A stretch of 64,000 nt of DNA from Gemmatimonadota bacterium (GTDB taxonomy: Bacteria; Gemmatimonadota; Gemmatimonadetes; Gemmatimonadales; GWC2-71-9). Location of the stretch: contig QHVB01000035.1 of the NCBI GenBank assembly GCA_003222195.1, positions 19 through 64,018 on the forward strand, in the 5' to 3' direction. Shown one piece after another: positions 8,769 to 17,393 of the stretch. Below the pieces are notes generated by a model. The model was not told the origin of the DNA. It worked only from the letters and a program-made list of their open reading frames with translations, and did not search any database. A program made the translations under genes and the position numbers. How positions within the stretch are numbered: the first letter of the stretch is position 1; each line of letters starts with the position of its first letter.

Positions 8769-10738
8769 TGCAGCAGCTTCTCGATTGCCCGCTTCGCTTC
8801 CTCGGGCGTCACGGTCTTCATGTCGACTGGACACTTCTCCATCTTCTCTTCGATATCGCGGATGGGGCAGCGCGTGATGCCTTGCGCCTTGGCTTCTTCG
8901 ATGAACGCACGCATCTCAGGCGACAGTGCGTCTTTCCCCTCGGCCTCTGCCCTGATCTGCTTCGCCCGCAGCTCGGTGAACATCACCATCATCGTGTCCA
9001 CGTCGAACTCGTCGGCTTCGATCATCGCCTGCTTGTTGTTATCCATGACGTGGGTCGTGACGCGCCAGATGTCGTGATTGCGGGCGAAGCGCTCGACGGT
9101 GTTGCGCGCCAGCGGCCGGGCGATGAGCGGCACGAGCTGCAGCCGTTGCCAGCTCTCCTCCGTCCACACGATGGGATCGGTGGCGACGCGCGGGCGCTTG
9201 GACACCGCACCCGTCACGGGGCATTTCGTCTCGACTTCGGCGACTGCCGGCTCCGCATCGGCGTCGCGCCCCTGGACCTTCGTGGCTTTCAGCTGCTCCG
9301 TCGCCTTCAGCTCGGCCAACGCGATTTCTTCCGCGCTCCCGATCCCCATAATCAGCTGCATGTGCGTGGGGAGGAGCTTCTGGATCGCCTCGTCGAGCCA
9401 CTTGTTCGTGACGGTGGGCGGCGGCCCGCCATTGCCCGCCTTTTCGAGGACGTACTCTTCGACGGCGCGCCGCGCGATGCCCTGCGCGAAGGGCGGAACG
9501 CGGAGAATCCGGACTTCGGCTTCCGGAGCCCACGGCAACCCCGCCTGGCCGTCTTCCTCGATCCAGGGAATGTCTTCCGGGCGAACACCGACGACACCCG
9601 TCAACAGCACGTCGCACGGCGCGAGCCGCACCAGGTTCTCCGACTGGCTGCCGAGCTCCGTGTGCTCGATGCGATGGGCCCCATGCCGGCCGATGACCAG
9701 CAACGTCGGTTTGATCTCGTCCGCCCACTGCATGATCACCTGGAACGGCTTGCCGATGAGGATCTGCGTCTTGATCGGGACATCCGGGAACTGCTGCGCC
9801 ATGACCTCGGCGCGTTTGAGATTCGCCTGGCAGAGCTTGAGCAAGCCCTTGTCGATGATGTTGTTGTGCAGCTCTTCCTGCTCTTCGAACTTGAAGACTT
9901 TCGACGCCTGATAGGACAGCACGTCCTTGATGTTGTGGAAGACGACGTGATGATACTCCACGTCGAAGGCGCTGCAGACATACAGCGACGCGCCGAACGC
10001 CTGGGCCAGCTCGAGCGCGGATTTCATGGCCTGGTAGCTGTAGGACGAGCCGTCGACGCAGACCAGGAAGCGCCCGCCGGTGAGCGGCTGCTGATCGCGC
10101 ACGATCAGCACGTCTTTCTCGACGCCGCGTAACACGCGAGCCGCTACACCACCGAGCTGCGAAAACTCCTGCCGCCCCAGTCCATGCGCGCCGAGCGCGA
10201 GCAGGTCGTACTGCCGTCCCGACGAGCCGACGAGGCGCGCGGCGGAGTCTTCCTCTTCCGCGACGAGCCGGCCGTTCTCGCCGAGCTTTACGTCGCTGCG
10301 GACCTTGTCGCCCCCGTCGTAGCCTGCGGCGCGGTTGGGATCGAAGCCGATCAGGCCCGGCAGGCGCCCAGCCCCGCGGTTCACCTCGTTGACGATCTCT
10401 TCGTAGTTGATGCCTTCGAGCAGCTGCCGTGTGAGCGCCACGCCCGAAGCTTCGCAGCGCTTGCCGAGCTGATCGAGAAAACTGTCGGCGATGAGCTGCA
10501 GTCCCTTTTCGATCAGCTTGTCGTGGATCTTGCGCTGCTTCTTGATCTCTTCAGGAGTCTGGAACTGAGCGGGGAGGCCGGTCTCGAGCTGGCGGAAGCG
10601 GACATCGTGCAGGCGGGCGGCGTAGACGTGATTCCCGGTGATCCGTCCGCCCGACTTGCGACACATCTCGATGGCGCGATCGACGGCCCAATCGGAGTGC
10701 TGCGAGTTGTCGACGGGAACGAAAATCTCGCGGTACAC
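8765..10738 (-). CDS. tandem universal-stress-protein (USP) domains fused to two PCP_red-like domains and a Cys-Pro-containing tail
   Basis: 657 aa. USP-like blocks: IFVPVDNSQHS..LLALGAHGLG.. and FLVCVDGSSYS..LLVIGRHGAH..GSQSENLVRLAPCDVLL. PCP_red-like blocks: WAPEAEVRILRVPPFAQGIARRAVEEYV.. and WTEESWQRLQLVPLIARPLARNTVERFA... GTG start with a GGGGAGG SD. Confidence 0.8.
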   Translation of the reverse strand: MYREIFVPVDNSQHSDWAVDRAIEMCRKSGGRITGNHVYAARLHDVRFRQLETGLPAQFQTPEEIKKQRKIHDKLIEKGLQLIADSFLDQLGKRCEASGVALTRQLLEGINYEEIVNEVNRGAGRLPGLIGFDPNRAAGYDGGDKVRSDVKLGENGRLVAEEEDSAARLVGSSGRQYDLLALGAHGLGRQEFSQLGGVAARVLRGVEKDVLIVRDQQPLTGGRFLVCVDGSSYSYQAMKSALELAQAFGASLYVCSAFDVEYHHVVFHNIKDVLSYQASKVFKFEEQEELHNNIIDKGLLKLCQANLKRAEVMAQQFPDVPIKTQILIGKPFQVIMQWADEIKPTLLVIGRHGAHRIEHTELGSQSENLVRLAPCDVLLTGVVGVRPEDIPWIEEDGQAGLPWAPEAEVRILRVPPFAQGIARRAVEEYVLEKAGNGGPPPTVTNKWLDEAIQKLLPTHMQLIMGIGSAEEIALAELKATEQLKATKVQGRDADAEPAVAEVETKCPVTGAVSKRPRVATDPIVWTEESWQRLQLVPLIARPLARNTVERFARNHDIWRVTTHVMDNNKQAMIEADEFDVDTMMVMFTELRAKQIRAEAEGKDALSPEMRAFIEEAKAQGITRCPIRDIEEKMEKCPVDMKTVTPEEAKRAIEKLLQ

Positions 10739-10841
10739 CGCTACCTCCCCGAGTGACGCCGCTCGAGCGGGTCGCCTAACCTCTAGATGTCGGTGTGGAT
10801 GCCGTCAGAGTTAAGGGATATGCAGGCATGCCCCAGTGCTG

Positions 10842-11105
10842 TCAAGGAACTTGTTCACAAGCCGCGGGGACGATCTGGATGCCGTTTTCGTTCCAAACCG
10901 TAATTGCGTCTACTGGGCAAGCGTCGCACGCGCGCAGCAGGCGCTCGCGGTCGGCGGCGTCCGGCTGCACGAACACCGCCGTCCCGCTCTCATCGAGCAC
11001 GAACGCCTCGGGCGCCTCGGTGATGCAGTCGCCGAAGCCGACGCACAGCGTGCGGTCGATGCGGACGCGCAGCTCACCGACGGTCCGTTCCTCGAAATCG
11101 CTCAC
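10842..11105 (-). CDS. small single-cluster ferredoxin (3Fe-4S/4Fe-4S, CxxxxxC..CP type)
   Basis: The C-terminal 87 aa of track ORF 10842..11264: ..RIDRTLCVGFGDCITEAPEAF..LLRACDACPVDAI... The GTG start forms a GTGA overlap with the stop of the upstream Zn-ribbon gene. The N-terminal part of the track ORF overlaps that gene and is Arg/His-rich. Confidence 0.75.
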   Translation of the reverse strand: MSDFEERTVGELRVRIDRTLCVGFGDCITEAPEAFVLDESGTAVFVQPDAADRERLLRACDACPVDAITVWNENGIQIVPAACEQVP

Positions 11106-11503
11106 ATCCCTTCCAATCCCAGCTCGCTCCGGGCGTTGTCCATGATCGCTGGCGTGATCTCCGTGATGCCGCGTTCCCGCGCATAGTCGGCGTAGATCTT
11201 CTTCACCATGCCGCGCACGAAGCTCGGCACCCGAGCAAGCCGCTCCTGGGCGTCGCCCGACCACGCCGGACCACCGGTCACGACGTTCGCGCGCAGCATC
11301 TCGAACGGCTCAGCGGGAACCGTGCGACCGCCGATCTCGACGCCCAACGACGACACGAGCTGGGTTTCCATGGGATTTGTCAGCATCGCCACGACGCGGC
11401 CGCATTTCGGGCACTTGAACGTCGCCGCCAGCGTGCCGTCGCCGGGCAGCTCGCGCTGCGCGAAGGCCATTTGCTGATCGCACTCAACGCAGAGGAATTT
11501 CAT
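11102..11503 (-). CDS. zinc-ribbon protein with C-terminal PCP_red-like domain
   Basis: 133 aa. CVEC..x22..CPKC ribbon. WSGDAQERLARVPSFVRGMVKKIYADYARERGITEITPAIM. 4-nt overlap with the upstream ATPase gene. Confidence 0.7.
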   Translation of the reverse strand: MKFLCVECDQQMAFAQRELPGDGTLAATFKCPKCGRVVAMLTNPMETQLVSSLGVEIGGRTVPAEPFEMLRANVVTGGPAWSGDAQERLARVPSFVRGMVKKIYADYARERGITEITPAIMDNARSELGLEGM

Positions 11504-12249
11504 AGCTGCGCTGCCAACTGGCTCCAGGTCTCCGGTGTCGGGTGCCAGGGGATGCGCGCGAGCACCGGTGTCGCGAACTCTTCAGCCAAGTCCTGCGCTG
11601 CGGTTCCCACGAACTCCCGGCCGACCATGTTCTCCACGATGCCGAGCAGCTCGGAGCCACGGTCGACGGCGGCGCGCATGGCGCGCCGGACGGCGTCGCG
11701 GGACTCGGGGGTCGGGATGGTCACCGTGAGCACGGCCGGCGGGTTGCCGAGGATGTCGCACAGCTCGATGTAGCGCTGCATCCCGGGCGGGAGATCGACC
11801 AACAGGACGTCGAGGGTACCCCACTCCACGTCGCCGAGAAACTCGCGCAGCGCGGACGCCTCCATGGCGCCGCGCCACACGAAACTCTCGGCCGCCGGAC
11901 CCGTGAACGAGAGGGGAGCGCCCGCGTCCAAGAACTGCCCCATGGAGATGCATTTCACGCCATCGAGGCCGACCGCCGGCGGCTGGGCGGTCGGCGGTGC
12001 CTGCAGCAGGCCGGGGATCGTCGGGCCATTCAGGTCGGCATCGAGCACGCCCACGCCCCAGCCGCCGCGGGCCAGGGCACGTGCCAGGTGCGCCGTGACG
12101 TAACTCTTTCCTACGCCGCCCTTCCCGCTCATCACCGTCACGATCCGCCGTACACCGGCCAGGCGCTCCGCCACGCGCTTGCGCTGGGCGCCGATCTGGT
12201 CGAGAAGGCCGGAGCGGTCGGGGTCGGTCAGCTGATGATAGGTCCGCAC
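11500..12249 (-). CDS. Mrp/MinD-family P-loop ATPase (deviant Walker A), lacking the Mrp/ApbC CxxC cluster motif
   Basis: VMSGKGGVGKS Walker A, ..LLVDLPPG.. Walker B-like. No CxxC is visible. First gene of the long minus-strand operon. Confidence 0.85.
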   Translation of the reverse strand: MRTYHQLTDPDRSGLLDQIGAQRKRVAERLAGVRRIVTVMSGKGGVGKSYVTAHLARALARGGWGVGVLDADLNGPTIPGLLQAPPTAQPPAVGLDGVKCISMGQFLDAGAPLSFTGPAAESFVWRGAMEASALREFLGDVEWGTLDVLLVDLPPGMQRYIELCDILGNPPAVLTVTIPTPESRDAVRRAMRAAVDRGSELLGIVENMVGREFVGTAAQDLAEEFATPVLARIPWHPTPETWSQLAAQL

Positions 12250-12295
12250 GGGTTAAAAGCTAGCCGGTGGGGCGGTTAGTCGGTTAGTATCCCGT

Positions 12296-12781
12296 ATGAT
12301 CGAAGCGCTCAAACAAAGGCTCCAGTCCGAAGTCGAACGCCTGAATCACGAAATCTCGTTTGTCCTGCCGAAGGAAATCGAGAAGGCGCGCGCCCACGGT
12401 GACCTGCGCGAGAACTCCGAATACAAGGCCGCGCTCGAGCGGCAGCAATTCGCCCAGGCGCGCGTGCATCACTTGCGTCTGCGCCTTGCGAAACTCTCCG
12501 ACGTCCGCGAGCAAGACATTCCGCGTGACCGCGTCGGGTTTGGGTCGCGGGTGACCGTCGAAGACGTCGACACGAAAAAGAAAGAGATTTACGCGTTGAC
12601 CCTCGGCGAGTTTATCGAGGGTGAGGATGGCGAGGAGATGCCGGTCTCGATGGCATCACCGCTCGGGAAGGCCTTGCTCGGAGGAAAAGTCGGTCAGAAG
12701 GTGGACATCACACTGCCGATGGGCAAGCGCAAGCTCAAGATCGTGAGCGTAGCTACGGTGCACGATCTGGCGGGCTCTTGA
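12296..12781 (+). CDS. greA: transcription elongation factor GreA
   Basis: 161 aa. ..ARAHGDLRENSEYKAALERQ.. coiled-coil signature and a C-terminal FKBP-like ..VSMASPLGKALLGGKVGQ... Confidence 0.92.
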   Translation: MIEALKQRLQSEVERLNHEISFVLPKEIEKARAHGDLRENSEYKAALERQQFAQARVHHLRLRLAKLSDVREQDIPRDRVGFGSRVTVEDVDTKKKEIYALTLGEFIEGEDGEEMPVSMASPLGKALLGGKVGQKVDITLPMGKRKLKIVSVATVHDLAGS

Positions 12782-12844
12782 CTAAAACATTTCAATGATA
12801 TCACTTAGACACACGAAACAGTGGTCAATTCGCCTGGAGTGTCG

Positions 12845-13531
12845 ATGATGACGATGCGTCTGCGGACCGCTGCGGCGGTCTTTCTGCTTTTCGCCCCCCT
12901 CCCCTTGGGGGGCCTGATGGCCCAAGCCGACCCCGACCGTCCTGTCGCCGGGGGCGGCACGATCCCGACCGGTTGGCACGTCCGTACCGAGCCGAACCGC
13001 CAGACCGGGCAGCCGGCGTCGCTCGAGAACGTGAAGTTCACGAGCATGGGCGACGGCCTGCATACGACGGTCGGTCCGGCCGCGATCTACTGGCGGGATC
13101 GGGACACGATCTCGGGGAATTACCACGTCGTCGCCAAGATGGCGCAGATGAAGAATCCGGCGCACCCCGAGGCATTCGGCATCTTCATCGGCGGCAAGAG
13201 CCTCGCCGACTCGGGTCAGACCTACACCTACTTCCTCGTGCGGCCCATCGACGGGATGTACTCGATCCGCCGCCGGACGAGTTACCTGACGCGGCCGACC
13301 GCGATCGTCGAATGGACCGCGAGCGACGCGGTCACGAAAGCCGACGCGAGCGGCGCGGCGGCGAACGAACTCAGCATTCAGGTGCAGGGTGGCAAGGCGA
13401 AGTTCATGGTGAATGGGAAAGAGGTCTACACGGCCGATGCCGCGAATCTCGATGTGAATGGCGTGGTCGGCTATCGCATCAATCACAATCTCGACGTCCA
13501 TTTGGGACCGCTCGGGATTCACAAACTGTGA
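12845..13531 (+). CDS. secreted DUF1080 / LamG-like (3-keto-disaccharide hydrolase family) protein
   Basis: Signal peptide MMTMRLRTAAAVFLLFAPLP. Single beta-sandwich-like domain ending ..VGYRINHNLDVHLGPLGIHKL. The start could be 12821 (GTG), 12845, 12848 or 12854. Confidence 0.65.
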   Translation: MMTMRLRTAAAVFLLFAPLPLGGLMAQADPDRPVAGGGTIPTGWHVRTEPNRQTGQPASLENVKFTSMGDGLHTTVGPAAIYWRDRDTISGNYHVVAKMAQMKNPAHPEAFGIFIGGKSLADSGQTYTYFLVRPIDGMYSIRRRTSYLTRPTAIVEWTASDAVTKADASGAAANELSIQVQGGKAKFMVNGKEVYTADAANLDVNGVVGYRINHNLDVHLGPLGIHKL

Positions 13532-14355
13532 CCGCCTTGAACCCAACGGCAGACGAAGATCGCTTTTCGTTCACGCCGTTCACCCGGCATCCGTTCTTTT
13601 TTTACGTCAACCGCTGGATTCTGGAGCGGGTGATTTGTCCGGGCCGTCAGGTGATCGTGGACCTCGGCTGCGGCCCGGGCGCCATCACGGAGCTGATCCT
13701 CGAGCGCGTGCGCGACCAGCAGCCGCCGCCGCACGTCATCGGCGTCGATCCGTCGCCGTCCGCCCTCGCCAAAGCGCGCACGGCGATCTCCTCCAAGTTC
13801 GCCGAGTTCGTGCAGGGCAGCGCCGAATGGCTGTCGAAGCTCGTCAAGTCGGCCGACGCGGTCGTGTTCCTCAACGCCATTCACCTGATGCCCGACAAGG
13901 AACAGGTGCTCAAGGAGATTCGCCGCGTGCTGAAGCCGGGCGGCCTGCTCGCATTCAACAGCACGTTCTTCAACGGCGCCTATGTCGAGGGGACGAGCGG
14001 TTTCTGGCGGCGCTGGATCGTGCGCTCGGTTCAGGCTCTGCGGGAAAACGGCATCGAGGTCAAGCACAGCGGCCACGCCGCCGCGATGGAATGGTTTTCC
14101 GCCGATCAGTACAGAGCGGCTTGTACCGCGGCGGGTTTGCGTCCCACCACCGTCGAGCTGCTACGCGTGGATATGACGCGCCAAGCGCTCATCGATATCG
14201 GTCGGTTTTCACTGTTTATCGAGGGTGCGCTCCCCGGCGTCCCCCTCGAGGAAGGCGCCAAGGCGCTCGAAGTAGGCCTCGAGCGCACCATGGAAGAGCT
14301 CAAAGTTGAGTCGGTCCCGCGGCACTGGTTGGAGGTTGTGGCGGAAGCTGTCTAG
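13528..14355 (+). CDS. class I SAM-dependent methyltransferase
   Basis: VIVDLGCGPGAIT (motif I) ..AVVFLNAIHLM.. ..LKPGGLLAF... The real start is probably the GTG in a GTGA overlap with the previous stop. The track fuses it to an upstream out-of-context frame (12973..14355). Confidence 0.8.
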   Translation: MTALNPTADEDRFSFTPFTRHPFFFYVNRWILERVICPGRQVIVDLGCGPGAITELILERVRDQQPPPHVIGVDPSPSALAKARTAISSKFAEFVQGSAEWLSKLVKSADAVVFLNAIHLMPDKEQVLKEIRRVLKPGGLLAFNSTFFNGAYVEGTSGFWRRWIVRSVQALRENGIEVKHSGHAAAMEWFSADQYRAACTAAGLRPTTVELLRVDMTRQALIDIGRFSLFIEGALPGVPLEEGAKALEVGLERTMEELKVESVPRHWLEVVAEAV

Positions 14356-15535
14356 CCGCCCAGATCGTCAGCCCCAGCACGAGCAGTGCCCCCAGCGTAA
14401 TCGCGTTCAACGATTCCACCACACTTCGCCCGCTCGCGCCTAGGAGCGCCGGCGCGGTGAGTGTCAGGCAAGCAAACGACGCCCACCACGCGAGCCACAC
14501 CCAGCGGCGAACCTTCCCGCGCTGCATCACCCGCCAAATCAGCCAGTAGCCTGCCAGCAGCGAGACGAAGTGAGCCTTCCACGCAAGTGGAGAGACGAGT
14601 GGCAGGATACAGAGTGCGACGGCGAGCTCGCCGTGCAGGAACGGGTGATCGAGGCCGGGCGGGTGACGCCGCCAGGCAAACGCGAGCGCGAGTGCTCCGA
14701 TCGCGCCGAGCGCGTAGAAGAGCCGGACGACCCGCTGCGGCGGCCACTCGGCCACCGCGTAGTAGATGGGGTCACGTGCTCCACCTTCGCGCGTAAGCAG
14801 GCGCCTCAGCGCGGCGAGCAGCGACTGGTTCGGGAACATCGGCGTGGGGTTGGCGGTCTCCGCCGCGGCGACGGTGCGCCACTCCTTCCAGCGCTCGCCC
14901 GCGATCGCGGGACCGAAGCAGAGCGCCGGCAGCAGCACATTCAAGACTGCGAGGAATCCGGCGGTCCACGCGACGGCGCGCCAGGCGCGCTTGTAGAGGA
15001 GAAACACGAGAAACAGGATGGGCACGGCGCGCACGCTGATCGCCGTCGCCAGCGCGAGTCCGCCCATCGCTTCGCGGCGGCGCCGGAACAAGTCGAAAGC
15101 GAGCAGCACGAGGAACAGCAGATACAGATTGATCTGCATGCTCTGCAGGTGTTCCTGGAGCAGCCGCGCCGTCATTACCAGCGGGACGAGCGTCGCCGTC
15201 GACGTAAATGGCGCGGGGGCTTCGCCGGCAAGACGCGGCAGCAGCCGGCATGCTCCCCACAGCGCCGCCACGCTCCCGAGCTGCCAAGTGAGGAGCGCTC
15301 CGACGCGCGATATGCGGGCGACCTCCGCCAGGACGACTGCGATGAAGATGAAAAAGGGAGGCCAGGTGTTGAAGCTCAGCGTGGCGTAGGGGTCACCATG
15401 CTGCAGCACGACTTGGCCGACGCGCAGGTAGTCGTGGAACACGGCCAGGTCGATTCTGACAAGACTGCGCCCGACCTCCCAGGCCGCCAGCAGTACGAGG
15501 AGAGCCGCGACGGTGCGACGGCTTCCGCGGCTCAC
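14300..15535 (-). CDS. polytopic membrane glycosyltransferase-like protein (GT87/DUF2029-like, GT-C fold)
   Basis: 411 aa with about 10-11 TM helices and an Arg-rich loop pattern typical of DUF2029 mannosyltransferase-like proteins. GTGA overlap with the upstream ATP-grasp gene. The family call is from memory of the overall pattern. Confidence 0.7.
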   Translation of the reverse strand: MSRGSRRTVAALLVLLAAWEVGRSLVRIDLAVFHDYLRVGQVVLQHGDPYATLSFNTWPPFFIFIAVVLAEVARISRVGALLTWQLGSVAALWGACRLLPRLAGEAPAPFTSTATLVPLVMTARLLQEHLQSMQINLYLLFLVLLAFDLFRRRREAMGGLALATAISVRAVPILFLVFLLYKRAWRAVAWTAGFLAVLNVLLPALCFGPAIAGERWKEWRTVAAAETANPTPMFPNQSLLAALRRLLTREGGARDPIYYAVAEWPPQRVVRLFYALGAIGALALAFAWRRHPPGLDHPFLHGELAVALCILPLVSPLAWKAHFVSLLAGYWLIWRVMQRGKVRRWVWLAWWASFACLTLTAPALLGASGRSVVESLNAITLGALLVLGLTIWAARQLPPQPPTSAAGPTQL

Positions 15536-16758
15536 GCGATTACGAATGTCAAACGGCTATGGGCCTCTCGCAGCGCGGTCTCGACGGCGGCCGGCGTCTC
15601 TCCGCGCGCAAAAATGAATCCGGGATACCGCGACCCCTCCGGAAACGGAATCAGCCGCTCGCCTGGATGCGCGGTGATCTGCACGTCCTCGACGAGCGGC
15701 ACGCGCTTCGCTTCGGCCACACCGCGCACCTCCCGCAACGTCCCCGCCCCTGGAATCGGAATCATCATGACGCCGGCGGCCAGGCGCTCGCGCTGGAGTG
15801 AGGGAATGGCCATCCCGAGGGCTTGGCGCAGGATGATCTCTTCGAGCGAAATCCCCTTGTCGCCAAATCGCAGCACTGCCGAGCAGCGCCCGCCGATCGG
15901 TCGCGCGGCCAGCTCGATCAGCCACGGGCCGTTCTCGTTGTAGCGCAGCTCGGCGTGGATGGGACCGTCGGTGATGCCGATCGCGCGTACCGCCCGATCG
16001 GCGCAGTCCTTGATTGCCGCCTGTAATCCGCCGGGAACGGTCGAGGGCGTAACATAGATCGTCTCCTCGAAGAAGGGCCCGTCGAGCGGGTCCGGCTTGT
16101 CGAACAACGCCAGCACGTGCAGCCGGCGGTCGACCACCAATCCTTCGAGCGCAACCTCGTAGCCGGGGATGAACTCCTCGATGAGATAGTGCCGCGCCCG
16201 ATCTCCGCACGCCGCGGCGGTCTCCGGGTCGGCGAGGATGGCTCGTAAACGGCCGTGAGCGGCGAGGAATGATGGAGGGTTGTCGGCGCGGATGACGCCA
16301 CGCGACGCCGAAAGCCGCACGGGTTTGAGCACGCAAGGATACGTGATGGATTTCGCGATCGCGGCAGGATCTTCGTCCAGGCTATGCAACATGAAGCGCG
16401 GGATCGGGACCGCCGCCCTCGCCAGCTGCTCGCGCTGGACGTGCTTATCGCTCGCCGCGATCGCGGCGTGCACGGGATTTCCTCTGAGCCTCAGCTTCGT
16501 CGCGATGGCTGCGGCAACCACGGCAGTCCGGTCGTCCACGCCAACGACCCCCGCGATGGGGTACTGCGTCGCGAACACGCGGACCGCGTCCGCTGCTCGG
16601 TCAGGTTGCTCGAAATCGAGAGTGAGGAGACCTGCGGGATTCGCCGCTTCGAGCGTACTCGCCTGCTCGGACGCCACCGTCAGCTCGACACCAATTTGCC
16701 GCGCGGCCTCCACGAACGCCGCCGTGCGGTAGGTCGTCGTGGGCAGCAGCAGCAGCAG
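15532..16758 (-). CDS. ATP-grasp domain protein (amino-acid/carboxylate ligase-like)
   Basis: Pre-ATP-grasp RLLLLLPTTTYRTAAFVEAARQIGVEL, then ..YPCVLKPVRLSASRGVIRAD.., ..YLIEEFIPGYEVALEG.., ..GPIHAELRYNENGPWLIELAARPIGG... There is no ATG/GTG downstream of the NfuA stop, so the start is uncertain (CTG run at 16744-16758 or ATA at 16770). Confidence 0.75.
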   Translation of the reverse strand: MLLLLPTTTYRTAAFVEAARQIGVELTVASEQASTLEAANPAGLLTLDFEQPDRAADAVRVFATQYPIAGVVGVDDRTAVVAAAIATKLRLRGNPVHAAIAASDKHVQREQLARAAVPIPRFMLHSLDEDPAAIAKSITYPCVLKPVRLSASRGVIRADNPPSFLAAHGRLRAILADPETAAACGDRARHYLIEEFIPGYEVALEGLVVDRRLHVLALFDKPDPLDGPFFEETIYVTPSTVPGGLQAAIKDCADRAVRAIGITDGPIHAELRYNENGPWLIELAARPIGGRCSAVLRFGDKGISLEEIILRQALGMAIPSLQRERLAAGVMMIPIPGAGTLREVRGVAEAKRVPLVEDVQITAHPGERLIPFPEGSRYPGFIFARGETPAAVETALREAHSRLTFVIA

Positions 16759-16766
16759 GCGAGGAG

Positions 16767-17393
16767 TTATTTCTTGGCGGCCTGGAAGTAGGGGTTGGCG
16801 CCCGACGTGTGGTCGGTGATATCCACGATGCCGCGCACCGCCGGCACCAGCTGTGCCAGCATGCCCTCGATGCCTTGGCGCAGCGTGACGTCGGCCATCC
16901 CGCACCCCTGGCAGCCGCCTCCCATGCGCAGCATCACGACCGCGTCCTGGACGTCGATGAGCTCGACGCGCCCACCGTGCCGCGCGACCATCGGATTAAC
17001 CTGCTCTTCGAACACCCGCGCGACCTGCTCGTAGAGCGCGTCGTCATTGACCGCTGATCCTTCACCGGAAGCCGGCCTTTGCGCCGGATGGACCGCCGGC
17101 ACGTCCGCCGTCAATGTGGATCGTATGGCGTCACCGACCGACCGACCGACCGCCTGCCAGGGCGCCGCAGACCGCTTGACTACGGTGACGAGGTTGCCCG
17201 ACACAATCAGCTCGCTCACCGCGAGCCCCGGGATCGCGAAGATCGCCTCGGCGAGGGGAGAGCCTCTCGCGTCGTCGGCTCCGGAGAAGCGGCGCACCCC
17301 TCCCGCCAGCACCGGTACGCTCACGACGAACTTGCAGCGATTGGTGTCGATCGGTTCCGCCGTGATCCGAACGTCCGTCGGGTTACCGGGCAC
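16767..17393 (-). CDS. NfuA-like Fe-S cluster carrier (Nfu_N plus NifU C-terminal CxxC domain)
   Basis: 208 aa with C-terminal ..[34 protein letters not shown]... Confidence 0.85.
   Translation of the reverse strand: MPGNPTDVRITAEPIDTNRCKFVVSVPVLAGGVRRFSGADDARGSPLAEAIFAIPGLAVSELIVSGNLVTVVKRSAAPWQAVGRSVGDAIRSTLTADVPAVHPAQRPASGEGSAVNDDALYEQVARVFEEQVNPMVARHGGRVELIDVQDAVVMLRMGGGCQGCGMADVTLRQGIEGMLAQLVPAVRGIVDITDHTSGANPYFQAAKK

Noticed and set aside
6427-10132. Long + strand ORFs 6427..7767, 7524..9077 and 8882..10132
   Set aside because: They lie antisense to the CydA-like, radical-SAM and USP genes. Their composition is extremely Arg/His/Pro-rich, as is typical of high-GC shadow frames, and no motifs are present.
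10739-10841. CCGCTCGAGCGG palindrome in the 103-bp gap between the ferredoxin and USP genes, considered as a terminator or operator
   Set aside because: It is only a 6-bp loopless palindrome (an XhoI-type site) with mismatched extensions and no U-tract, so the evidence is insufficient.
12973-13527. 5' half of the 460-aa + ORF 12973..14355
   Set aside because: It overlaps the DUF1080 gene in another frame and is Arg/Gly-rich. The methyltransferase fold starts after the GTGA overlap at 13528.
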